From: Fidelibacterota bacterium
Lineage (GTDB): Bacteria; Fidelibacterota; Marinisomatia; Marinisomatales; Marinisomataceae
Reading direction: 5' to 3'
Assembly (NCBI GenBank): GCA_014240005.1
Contig: JAAZXT010000031.1
Location: 1 to 40,075 of the forward strand
Length of the DNA stretch: 40,075 nt
Every line of letters starts with the position of its first letter. Positions within the stretch are counted from its first letter, which is position 1. Shown here one piece after another: positions 32,313-40,075 of this stretch. Under the pieces are notes generated by a model. The model was given only the letters and a program-made list of their open reading frames with translations, did not search any database and was not told where the DNA came from. The translations under genes and the position numbers were made by a program.

Positions 32313-32699
32313 ATGGCAACACAAACTAGATTAAAAAAGAATAAGAAAAAGATAAATCCAAATGGCATCGTTCATATTAAGGCGACGTTCAATAATACGA
32401 ATATCACTGTAACCGATGAGAATGGGAATGTTATTGCATGGGCTACTGCAGGTAAAGCAGGATTTAAGGGTTCTAGAAAAAATACAGCATATGCAGCTAC
32501 TATAGCTTCAGAAAAAGTAGCTAGCGAGGTAGTAAGTATGGGTTTAGCTAGTGTAGCAGTAAGAGTTAAAGGTCCTGGCGCAGGTAGAGAATCGGCTATC
32601 AGAGCATTATCCAGCGCTGGCTTGCAAGTAAAGTCAATAGCAGATGTGACACCATTACCCCATAATGGATGTCGACCTAAAAAACAAAGAAGAGTTTAG
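32313..32699 (+). CDS. rpsK: 30S ribosomal protein S11
   Basis: [32 protein letters not shown]. Confidence 0.99.
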   Translation: MATQTRLKKNKKKINPNGIVHIKATFNNTNITVTDENGNVIAWATAGKAGFKGSRKNTAYAATIASEKVASEVVSMGLASVAVRVKGPGAGRESAIRALSSAGLQVKSIADVTPLPHNGCRPKKQRRV

Positions 32700-32703
32700 A
32701 AGT

Positions 32704-33318
32704 ATGGCAAAATTAAATACACCTAAAGGTAAATTAGTTAGAAAGCTTGGAGTTAATATTTTTGGTAACCCTAAATTTGATAGACTATTATCAAAAAAAG
32801 GACATCGACCTGGTCAGCATGGGAAAACCGGTAGACGTCCTTCAACTTATGCTGTGCAATTACAAGAAAAACAAAAAATTAAGTTTACATATGGTACACT
32901 AGAGAAACAATTTAGAACCTACTTTAAGAAAGCTTCACAGATGAAAGGTGAAACTGGATTTAATTTATTGGTCTTGCTTGAATCTAGATTGGATAATGTA
33001 GTATATAAGCTTGGATTTGGACCTACAAGATCAGCGGCAAGACAGCTTGTTAGTCATGCACATTTTATGGTAAACGGTGCTAAGGTTAATATTGCATCTT
33101 ATCGCTTAAAACCTGGGGACATTGTACAAGTAAGAGAAAAAAGTAAAAAATTAGATATTATATTAAATTCTATTAAAATGGTTAAAGGTGATTTAAAGGT
33201 TTCTTGGCTTTCTGTTGATAAAGCCAAAATGGAAGGAACATTTGTTAATTATCCTGAGAGAGATGAGATTGACTTAACCATGAACGAACAATTAGTTGTT
33301 GAATACTATTCAAGATAA
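32704..33318 (+). CDS. rpsD: 30S ribosomal protein S4
   Basis: PGQHG, QLQEKQK, LESRLDNVVY, ARQLVSH, VVEYYSR; ATG at 32704. Confidence 0.98.
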   Translation: MAKLNTPKGKLVRKLGVNIFGNPKFDRLLSKKGHRPGQHGKTGRRPSTYAVQLQEKQKIKFTYGTLEKQFRTYFKKASQMKGETGFNLLVLLESRLDNVVYKLGFGPTRSAARQLVSHAHFMVNGAKVNIASYRLKPGDIVQVREKSKKLDIILNSIKMVKGDLKVSWLSVDKAKMEGTFVNYPERDEIDLTMNEQLVVEYYSR

Positions 33319-33328
33319 AGGAAGAAAA

Positions 33329-34294
33329 ATGAGCAATGATTTAAAATTTAAGATTTCACATAAAATAGCTGAAGAAAATTCAAGTAATTTTCTTATTAAA
33401 CCACTTGAAAGAGGGTACGGTATAACTGTTGGTAACTCCTTAAGAAGAGCTTTATTGACTGCAGTGCCTGGAGCAGCTATCACGAACGTTAAGATTGAGG
33501 GTGCTTTACATGAATTTTCAACTCTTGATGGTGTAAAAGAAGATATTGCAGATGTAATTATGAATTTAAAAGGAGTAAGATTCCATTTATTTGAAAGCTC
33601 TGTAGAGCCTATTTTCTTAAAACTTAAAGGTCAAAAAACATTTACAGCAGCTGATATTCAAGCTGTAAGTGATGATTTCACTATTCTAAATCCTAAACAT
33701 TATATTACAGATATTGCTAAGGGAACTACTCTTGAGTTAGAACTAAGATTGGGAATTGGTAAAGGTTATAAATCTAGCGAAGATAATAAGTTAAATAATT
33801 CACCTGTGGGAATGATACCGATTGATAGTATTTTTAATCCTGTTACTCAAGTAGCATTTAATGTGTCTCCATTACCTGGAGCAAAAGAAGATTTAGAAAT
33901 GTTGTCTTTAGATGTTAAAACAGATGGGTCTATCAGCCCTATTGATGCAGTTAGTTACTGTTCTTCTGTTCTTTCTGAACATTACAATATCATTAACTCT
34001 ATCAGCAATCCTTCTGTATTAGAAATTGATAAACCTGTTAGTGAGGAGATCTTACAGATTCGTAAACTTCTTGAATCTTCAATTGATGAAATGGAATTAT
34101 CAGTTAGAAGTCATAACTGTCTAGAAGCTGCTGGAATCACTCTTATTGGTGAATTAGTAGACAAAGACGAAGCAGAAATGCTTGAGTATAAGAACTTTGG
34201 TCGTAAATCACTCAACGAATTGATTGAGAAGCTTGAAACTATGGGTCTAAAATTTGGTATGGACACTAGTCCTTATGTAGAGGATGAAGTGTAA
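33329..34294 (+). CDS. rpoA: RNA polymerase alpha subunit
   Basis: PLERGYGITVGNSLRR, HEFSTLDGVKED, ELSVRSHNCL, NFGRKSL; ATG at 33329. Confidence 0.99.
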   Translation: MSNDLKFKISHKIAEENSSNFLIKPLERGYGITVGNSLRRALLTAVPGAAITNVKIEGALHEFSTLDGVKEDIADVIMNLKGVRFHLFESSVEPIFLKLKGQKTFTAADIQAVSDDFTILNPKHYITDIAKGTTLELELRLGIGKGYKSSEDNKLNNSPVGMIPIDSIFNPVTQVAFNVSPLPGAKEDLEMLSLDVKTDGSISPIDAVSYCSSVLSEHYNIINSISNPSVLEIDKPVSEEILQIRKLLESSIDEMELSVRSHNCLEAAGITLIGELVDKDEAEMLEYKNFGRKSLNELIEKLETMGLKFGMDTSPYVEDEV

Positions 34295-34714
34295 ATGAGA
34301 AAAAGAATATCAGCTAGAAAGTTTGGTAAGTCTACTGCTCATAGAAAAGCAATGATGTCTAATATGGCAAGCTCATTAATTGAGCATAAACGTATTAAAA
34401 CTACACATCAAAAAGCTTTAGAGTTAAGAAAATTCATTGAGCCAATGATCACTAAAGCAAAAGAAAAAAGTGTTCACAACAGAAGAGAAGTGATGAAGAA
34501 AATTCACAACTTAGATGCTGTAAAAACTTTATTCGATGTTATTGCCCCAGTTTACACAGATAGACCTGGCGGATATACTCGAATTATCAAGCTTGGCACC
34601 AGAACAAACGATGCAGCTAAGATTTCCTTAATTGAATTTGTAGACAAAGCTCAGTTCAAGGTTGATGAAGCAGTTCCTGTAGACTCTGAAGAAGCACCAA
34701 AAGAAGACGCTTAA
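34295..34714 (+). CDS. rplQ: 50S ribosomal protein L17
   Basis: HRKAM..N, IKTT..KA.ELR, RPGGYTRIIK; acidic C-terminal tail. Confidence 0.98.
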   Translation: MRKRISARKFGKSTAHRKAMMSNMASSLIEHKRIKTTHQKALELRKFIEPMITKAKEKSVHNRREVMKKIHNLDAVKTLFDVIAPVYTDRPGGYTRIIKLGTRTNDAAKISLIEFVDKAQFKVDEAVPVDSEEAPKEDA

Positions 34715-35166
34715 ATTTCTCTGATTATTTCTCTGATTATTTCTCTTAAGTATTTTGCATCTATTTGATCAAAACTATTTAGCTTTCTCGAATCGATATC
34801 AAGAACATATTCTTTATCATCTCTAATAAAAGGTATAGCAATTTCAGATTTACTATTTCTGTCACATACGATATGATTTTTGAACTTATTCACATCATTT
34901 ATAATTAAAGTATTTTTTTCTGTTATAGATTGTCCACATACACCATTCATTTCAATTGGACTGCAAGGTATATTATCCGAATAATGATTTGAGATTTCTA
35001 ATTGATTTCCTTCTTTTATATAGAGCCCACAAAAAATCCAATCTTCAAATTCATTATATAGGTATTTCAAGATATTATTGATTTTATCTTTTTGATCTAA
35101 AGATTTAATGAATCGAATTGATTTTTGGTATTTTTTTTCTTTTGCATTAGATTGAATCATATTCAT
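34711..35166 (-). CDS. msrC: GAF-domain protein, free methionine-R-sulfoxide reductase (fRMsr/MsrC/YebR)-like
   Basis: W.FCGLY, PC..I..GVCG, INDVNKF.NHIVCD..SKSEIAIP and VLDIDS....F...D..YL match the fRMsr pattern. Start is ATG at 35166 or 35160. Confidence 0.8.
   Translation of the reverse strand: MNMIQSNAKEKKYQKSIRFIKSLDQKDKINNILKYLYNEFEDWIFCGLYIKEGNQLEISNHYSDNIPCSPIEMNGVCGQSITEKNTLIINDVNKFKNHIVCDRNSKSEIAIPFIRDDKEYVLDIDSRKLNSFDQIDAKYLREIIREIIREI
34715..34746. repeat. 12-bp tandem repeat ATTTCTCTGATT x about 2.7
   Basis: Exact copies at 34715-34726 and 34727-34738 plus a partial copy at 34739-34746; encodes REII-REII-REI at the MsrC C-terminus. Confidence 0.9.
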
Positions 35167-36094
35167 GTTTAAAAATAATAAATATTCTAAGAATCCAATA
35201 ATAGTTTCTGGTATGCCTAGAACAGCTACCACTATAGTTGGTAAGCTTATATCTCAAAAAGCCCCTTATAACGTGCTTTATGAGCCATTTAACAGCTCTC
35301 AGGGTTTGAAATCGATAGATATTAACTATCTTATTCCAGGATCTAATATTATGGAGAATGATTTCGATGGAATTTTAGCTAGTTTATTAGATTTAAATGG
35401 GAGTTTTAAGTTGGGAATAAAGAAGAACGATTCCTTATTTAAAAAAATGATAAAATACACCTTTGGAAACCAATCATCTATTTCTTTTAAAAAAGCAAAG
35501 TATCTTAATCCTGAAAGAGAATTAATCATTAAAGATCCATTTTTAATTTTTGCATCTAAATATCTATCTAAAAATTATAGGGTTATAATGTGTGAAAGAC
35601 CTTTACTTCCATTAGCGGGAAGTTTTAAAAGGATGTCTTGGACCTTTAGCGAATATAGTCAATTATTAAAAGGTCTTGAGCATATTGGTGTAGATATTAA
35701 GAATCCCAACCAATTTAATAATAATGACATTTCACCTTTTGTAGTTGGTGCGGTACAGTTTTTCTATCTTTATACAGCGTTTAAACAAAAAATATTGAAT
35801 AATGATAAAATCTATTTTTTTAATCAGCATGATTTATCTGTTAATCCTAATGGTTCAATCGTTTCATTATTTGATTGGCTTAATATAGATTGCTCAGAAA
35901 ATGAGATAAATCAGATAGTGACTGAGATTTCAGGATCATTGAAAAAGAATAAAGCCCCTAAAAAAGGAGTACAGCATGATACATTGTACAACAAGAGATA
36001 TGCTAATGAATATTTTAAGTCTGTACTTACAGAATCTGAGATTAAATATGTGAGAAAAAGTGAATTAATAATTTGTAGCGGAGGAGAGATTTGA
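35165..36094 (+). CDS. Sulfotransferase-family protein (P-loop, PAPS-binding)
   Basis: N-terminal IIVSGMPRTATT (5'-PSB-like), YEPFN, IIKDP and ERP....S (3'-PB-like). Substrate unknown. Confidence 0.7.
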   Translation: MFKNNKYSKNPIIVSGMPRTATTIVGKLISQKAPYNVLYEPFNSSQGLKSIDINYLIPGSNIMENDFDGILASLLDLNGSFKLGIKKNDSLFKKMIKYTFGNQSSISFKKAKYLNPERELIIKDPFLIFASKYLSKNYRVIMCERPLLPLAGSFKRMSWTFSEYSQLLKGLEHIGVDIKNPNQFNNNDISPFVVGAVQFFYLYTAFKQKILNNDKIYFFNQHDLSVNPNGSIVSLFDWLNIDCSENEINQIVTEISGSLKKNKAPKKGVQHDTLYNKRYANEYFKSVLTESEIKYVRKSELIICSGGEI

Positions 36095-36149
36095 ACTCCC
36101 GACCTTCGGATTATGATTCCGCTGCTCTAACCAACTGAGCTACTCCGCC
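36076..36149 (-). tRNA. tRNA-Met(CAT), probably elongator
   Basis: Reverse complement GGCGGAGTAGCTCAGTTGGTTAGAGCAGCGGAATCATAATCCGAAGGTCGGGAGTTCAAATCTCTCCTCCGCTA. It lacks the initiator C1:A72 mismatch and GGG/CCC anticodon stem. Ile2 (lysidine) identity is not excluded. Confidence 0.9.
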
Positions 36150-36161
36150 ATTGAAGGCTTA

Positions 36162-36190
36162 AAGTTATATTACTTCATCCTAAATGTCTA
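36162..36190 (-). promoter_or_regulatory. Putative sigma70 promoter of tRNA-Met
   Basis: On the minus strand TAGACA-17 nt-TAACTT, ending 12 nt before the tRNA 5' end. Confidence 0.55.
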
Positions 36191-36277
36191 AATTATTTTT
36201 ACAAGAAAAACGTTTCATTTTTTATCTTATTGTGTAATTTTAAGTATAGATAATATAACATAGAGGTTGACTGACTC

Positions 36278-37618
36278 ATGAAGTATAAGACTAAAGAAGA
36301 ATTTTTAGAATCAGTAATAGGTAAATATGATGACCAAAAAGAATTTCATCAAGCTGTAGAAGAAGTAATTCATTCTATATGGGACACAGCAAATGCAAAT
36401 CCAGAATATGGCAAGTTCAATATCCTTGATAGGATTGTCGTTCCAGATAGAACCATTATTTTTAGAGTTCCATGGATGGATGATAACAATGAGGTTCATG
36501 TAAATTTAGGTTATAGAATTCAATTCAATTCTTCAATTGGGCCTTATAAAGGTGGATTGAGATTTCATCCGAGCGTTAATTTGGGAATTTTAAAATTCCT
36601 TGCTTTTGAGCAGGTATTCAAGAATAGTCTTACAGGATTAAACCTCGGAGGAGGTAAAGGAGGATCAAACTTTGATCCAAAAGGAAAATCTGATAAAGAA
36701 ATTATGAATTTTTGTTATGCTTTTATGAATGAGCTTTATAGACATATAGGTAGACGTACTGACATTCCAGCCGGCGATATTGGTGTTGGAGGTAGAGAAA
36801 TCGGATATTTGTTTGGTCAATACAAAAAAATAAGAAATGCATTTACTGGCGTATTAACTGGAAAAGGAACGAATTGGGGCGGAAGTGTAATTCGTCCTGA
36901 AGCCACAGGTTACGGACTAGTTTATTTTGTTGCTGAAATGCTTAAAATGAAGGATGATTCCTTAGAAGGAAAAACTGTTACAGTATCCGGTTCTGGGAAT
37001 GTGGCACAATTTGCTTGTGAAAAATTAATTGATCTAGGAGCAAAGCCACTTACTTTATCTGACTCTGGTGGATTTATTTATGATCCAGATGGTATTACTC
37101 AGGAAAAATTAGAATATGTCAAAGAACTTAAAGGTAAAAGATCAGCTAGAATATCTGAATATGCCAAAAAATATAAGGTTGAATACTTTGAAGGAAAACG
37201 TCCATGGTCAATAAAATGTGATATTGCACTTCCATGTGCAACTCAAAATGAATTAAATCTTGGTGACGCTAAAGAGTTATTAAAAAATGGATGTTTCGTG
37301 GTTGCTGAAGGTGCGAATATGCCGTCAACTACAAATGCTGTACGTCATTTTGTTGACAAAAAAATCTTATACGGTCCCGGTAAAGCTGCGAATGCTGGTG
37401 GTGTAGCTATTTCTGGTATTGAAATGAGTCAAAATAGTACACGAATTCCACTTAAGAGAGATAAGGTCGACGGACTGTTAAGAGAAATTATGGAGCGTAT
37501 CCATACTACATGTGTTAAGTATGGCTCTAAAGGTGACTTTATCAATTATGTAGATGGTGCTAATATTGGCGGATTTGTAAGAGTTGCAGATTCTATGATT
37601 GACCAAGGTATTGTCTAA
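36278..37618 (+). CDS. gdhA: NADP-specific glutamate dehydrogenase
   Basis: GPYKGGLRFHPSV, GGGKGGS, DIPAGDIGVG, RPEATGYG, VSGSGNVAQ, EGANMP, GKAANAGGV. Confidence 0.97.
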   Translation: MKYKTKEEFLESVIGKYDDQKEFHQAVEEVIHSIWDTANANPEYGKFNILDRIVVPDRTIIFRVPWMDDNNEVHVNLGYRIQFNSSIGPYKGGLRFHPSVNLGILKFLAFEQVFKNSLTGLNLGGGKGGSNFDPKGKSDKEIMNFCYAFMNELYRHIGRRTDIPAGDIGVGGREIGYLFGQYKKIRNAFTGVLTGKGTNWGGSVIRPEATGYGLVYFVAEMLKMKDDSLEGKTVTVSGSGNVAQFACEKLIDLGAKPLTLSDSGGFIYDPDGITQEKLEYVKELKGKRSARISEYAKKYKVEYFEGKRPWSIKCDIALPCATQNELNLGDAKELLKNGCFVVAEGANMPSTTNAVRHFVDKKILYGPGKAANAGGVAISGIEMSQNSTRIPLKRDKVDGLLREIMERIHTTCVKYGSKGDFINYVDGANIGGFVRVADSMIDQGIV

Positions 37619-37643
37619 ATATTTTAGTATTATTTAGGCAGCT

Positions 37644-38843
37644 ATGTTACGTAAAATTACATCAATAGATTTTCAGTCTAATAATAATACTAGTCAATGC
37701 GTGCTCATTAGAGTTGATTTTAATGTACCCGTTGAAAATGACTTAGTTTCAGACGATTATAGAATACTTAAGTCATTGCCGACAATCCAATATTGTCTTG
37801 ATCAAGGCGCTAAGGTTGTTCTTATGTCTCATCGAGGAAGACCAAAAGGAAAAGCTGATTCTAGTCTTTCATTGATGCCCGCAGGAGAAAAGCTTGCTCA
37901 ATTATTAGAAATGCCCATAAAGTTTTCTCATGATTGTATATCAGAAAATGCTATAGACGTATCAAGAAATTTAAAAAGTGGAGAGATTCATTTATTAGAA
38001 AATTTACGATTTCATGATGGAGAAACAAGCAATGACCCACTATTTTCTTCTAAATTAGCTCAGCATGGATCTATTTACTTAAACGATGCGTTTGGTACTG
38101 CTCATCGCGAACATGCATCAAATACAGGGATTACTAATCGTTTTACAACAAAAGGAATGGGATTATTGATGGAGAAAGAAATGCAATTTCTTTCTGATGG
38201 CGTTTCTAGCGTAGAAGGTCCAGTATCATTAATTATTGGTGGAGCAAAAATTGATACTAAAATTAATGTGATTAAGCATTTTTTTGACATTGCAGATAAT
38301 ATTCTTATTGGAGGTGCAATGGCAAACACTTTTTTAACTGCAAATAATTATAATGTGGGAAAATCTCTAGTCCAAAAAGATGAAATAGATACAGCAAAAA
38401 AGCTTATGTTAATGGCATCTAAGAGTAAAACAAATATTATTCTTCCTGTAGATTTTAATGGAGAGTTAAATACGTTCGGAAGTGGTAAATTACATTATGC
38501 AAGTAAGGACAATATCAAAAAAACAATGATTTGTGAAGATATAGGAGAATTAAGTATTAATTTATTTACAGACATTATCAAAAAATCAAAAACAGTTTTT
38601 TGGAATGGTACAGTTGGTGTAGCAGAAAATAAGGATTTTGCTATAGGCACTAATAAAATAATCGATGTAATTGTAGATCATGATTGTATTTCTATTGTTG
38701 GAGGAGGAGATACTATTGCAGCTATTAGAAATTATAAAAAAGGAATAATTGAAGAATTTTCTCATGCTTCTACTGGAGGAGGATCTTGTTTAGAATTATT
38801 ATCTGGAAATAAACTTCCAGCTATAGAAATGTTAAAAAAATAA
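37644..38843 (+). CDS. pgk: Phosphoglycerate kinase
   Basis: RVDFNVP, SHRGRP, LENLRF, NDAFGTAHR, GGAK, GGGDT, STGGG. Confidence 0.98.
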   Translation: MLRKITSIDFQSNNNTSQCVLIRVDFNVPVENDLVSDDYRILKSLPTIQYCLDQGAKVVLMSHRGRPKGKADSSLSLMPAGEKLAQLLEMPIKFSHDCISENAIDVSRNLKSGEIHLLENLRFHDGETSNDPLFSSKLAQHGSIYLNDAFGTAHREHASNTGITNRFTTKGMGLLMEKEMQFLSDGVSSVEGPVSLIIGGAKIDTKINVIKHFFDIADNILIGGAMANTFLTANNYNVGKSLVQKDEIDTAKKLMLMASKSKTNIILPVDFNGELNTFGSGKLHYASKDNIKKTMICEDIGELSINLFTDIIKKSKTVFWNGTVGVAENKDFAIGTNKIIDVIVDHDCISIVGGGDTIAAIRNYKKGIIEEFSHASTGGGSCLELLSGNKLPAIEMLKK

Positions 38844-39580
38844 TGAGAAAAATAACAATAGCAGCAAACTGGAAAATGTATTTAGATGAAAGAGGTTCAA
38901 TAGATTTCATTGATAAGCTTAATGCTGATAAGGATTTATTTTCTAATAAAAATATTATATTATTTCCATCACATGCTTGCATACGATCAGTAAAAGATCA
39001 TTTAGATGTAAATGTAAAAATTGGTATGCAAGATTGTGATATACACAATAAAGGAGCTTATACTGGATCTACATCAATAAACTCAATTGATATAGACTCA
39101 TGTATTGTTGGTCATTCGGAAAGAAGGATTGTGTATAAAGAAAGTAATGACGTTATTTCAGAAAAATTAAGGGCAGTCCTATCTAGCGATGTTGATCCTA
39201 TTTTATGTATAGGTGAGACATTAGAAGAAAAAAATGAAAATTTAACAGAGAATGTTATTGATAGTCAGTTATCGATATTAACTAATGACTTAAAAGCTAG
39301 AAATCTAACTATTGCATATGAGCCAGTATGGGCAATTGGATCAGGAAATGTCCCTTCAAATGAATATATCAATGAAATGCTTTCTTATATAAAAAATAGA
39401 TTAAAAAGTTTATATTCAGGTACAGATTTAGATAATATTAAATTGTTTTATGGTGGATCTGTGGATGTAAGTAACGTTGATGAACTCCTTAATGTGGAGT
39501 TAATTGATGGTTTTCTCATTGGGAGTGCTAGCGCTAACTTTGAAAAGTTTAAAGATATTGTTAAACAACTAAAATTATAA
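38843..39580 (+). CDS. tpiA: Triosephosphate isomerase
   Basis: ANWKM, GHSERR, AYEPVWAIG, YGGSV, GFLIGSAS. Confidence 0.97.
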   Translation: MRKITIAANWKMYLDERGSIDFIDKLNADKDLFSNKNIILFPSHACIRSVKDHLDVNVKIGMQDCDIHNKGAYTGSTSINSIDIDSCIVGHSERRIVYKESNDVISEKLRAVLSSDVDPILCIGETLEEKNENLTENVIDSQLSILTNDLKARNLTIAYEPVWAIGSGNVPSNEYINEMLSYIKNRLKSLYSGTDLDNIKLFYGGSVDVSNVDELLNVELIDGFLIGSASANFEKFKDIVKQLKL

Positions 39581-39588
39581 GAGGTATT

Positions 39589-39933
39589 ATGGTTGAATTT
39601 TTAATAGTAGTACATACATTAGTAAGTTTATTGCTTATTGGGGTAATATTAATGCAATCAGGTCAAGGAGGTTTAAATTCTATGATGGGTGGTGTTGCTA
39701 ATTCCATGTTAGGATCTTCTGGCGCAAATGATTTCATTACCAAGTTAACTACAGGGCTTGGAATAACATTCATTGGTCTAGCGTTAACGATTGGTTTTCT
39801 TAGCGGAGAATCTACATCATCTACAGAGTCTATTATTCAAAAAGATGCTGAATCTAGAGAAGTAGAATTAGCTGTTCCAAATGAATACTCTTTACCCTCT
39901 GAAGATCTTCTGCCAGAAGAAGCTACAAATTAA
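39589..39933 (+). CDS. secG: Preprotein translocase subunit SecG
   Basis: Two TM helices, ILMQSGQGG linker, FITKLT; tpiA-secG-tRNA-Leu synteny. Confidence 0.9.
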   Translation: MVEFLIVVHTLVSLLLIGVILMQSGQGGLNSMMGGVANSMLGSSGANDFITKLTTGLGITFIGLALTIGFLSGESTSSTESIIQKDAESREVELAVPNEYSLPSEDLLPEEATN

Positions 39934-39937
39934 TATA

Positions 39938-40021
39938 GCCGAAGTGGTGGAATTGGTAGACACGCTAGCTTGAGGGGTTAGTGGAGGAAACTCTGTGTGG
40001 GTTCAAGTCCCGCCTTCGGCA
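39938..40021 (+). tRNA. tRNA-Leu(GAG)
   Basis: Acceptor GCCGAAG/CTTCGGC, anticodon arm CTAGC-TT-GAG-GG-GTTAG, long variable arm, GTTCAAGTC. Confidence 0.95.
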
Positions 40022-40075
40022 CAAAAATAACATTTAGTATTTTTTTAAAAGATTTATAGATTACGTGATAATTAA

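Noticed and set aside
35167-35232. N-terminal extension of the msrC ORF (173-aa version)
   Set aside because: It is the antisense of the sulfotransferase PSB motif; the shorter ATG start fits the MsrC family size.
34711-36149. Integrative element or prophage at tRNA-Met
   Set aside because: No integrase, no duplicate of the tRNA 3' end found by eye, and only two genes are involved.
699-38329. Numerous 60-105 aa minus-strand ORFs inside ftsK, gmhB, cysS, tuf, rpoB, rpoC, fusA, r-protein genes, map, the sulfotransferase, gdhA and pgk
   Set aside because: Fully antisense to longer genes, with no recognisable motifs; typical shadow ORFs.
1-40075. Alternative genetic code, CRISPR array, rRNA, IS elements or defence system
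   Set aside because: TGA/TAG/TAA all terminate conserved genes at the expected positions and tRNA-Trp has a CCA anticodon. No repeat-spacer array, rRNA, transposase or defence-like ORF was seen; nearly all sequence is explained by core genes.

Overview
AT-rich, very compact bacterial chromosome segment dominated by core housekeeping genes. It has four blocks. (1) 1-4905: ftsK (5'-partial), a LolA-like gene, gmhB, ddl and cysS. (2) 4985-17620: tRNA-Thr/Tyr/Gly/Thr, tuf, rpmG, tRNA-Trp, secE, nusG, rplKAJL and rpoBC. (3) 17754-34714: a contiguous str-S10-spc-alpha ribosomal superoperon, with no tuf after fusA and no adk after secY. (4) 34711-40021: an antisense msrC-like GAF gene, a sulfotransferase-like gene, an antisense tRNA-Met, then gdhA, pgk, tpiA, secG and tRNA-Leu. 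Gene order and protein types look FCB-like, and a streamlined marine lineage such as Marinisomatota/SAR406 is plausible; this is inference and was not tested. I found no mobile element, CRISPR array, rRNA or clearly new multi-gene system. The most notable signals are: ddl has no canonical start and appears to begin at an ATT that is one base away from an ATGA overlap with gmhB; S14, L33, L36, S4 and GmhB all lack their Zn-binding cysteines; rplQ/msrC/sulfotransferase/tRNA-Met are interlocked on alternating strands with no spacers; gdhA occupies the usual gap position; and short motifs are shared between the few promoter regions.
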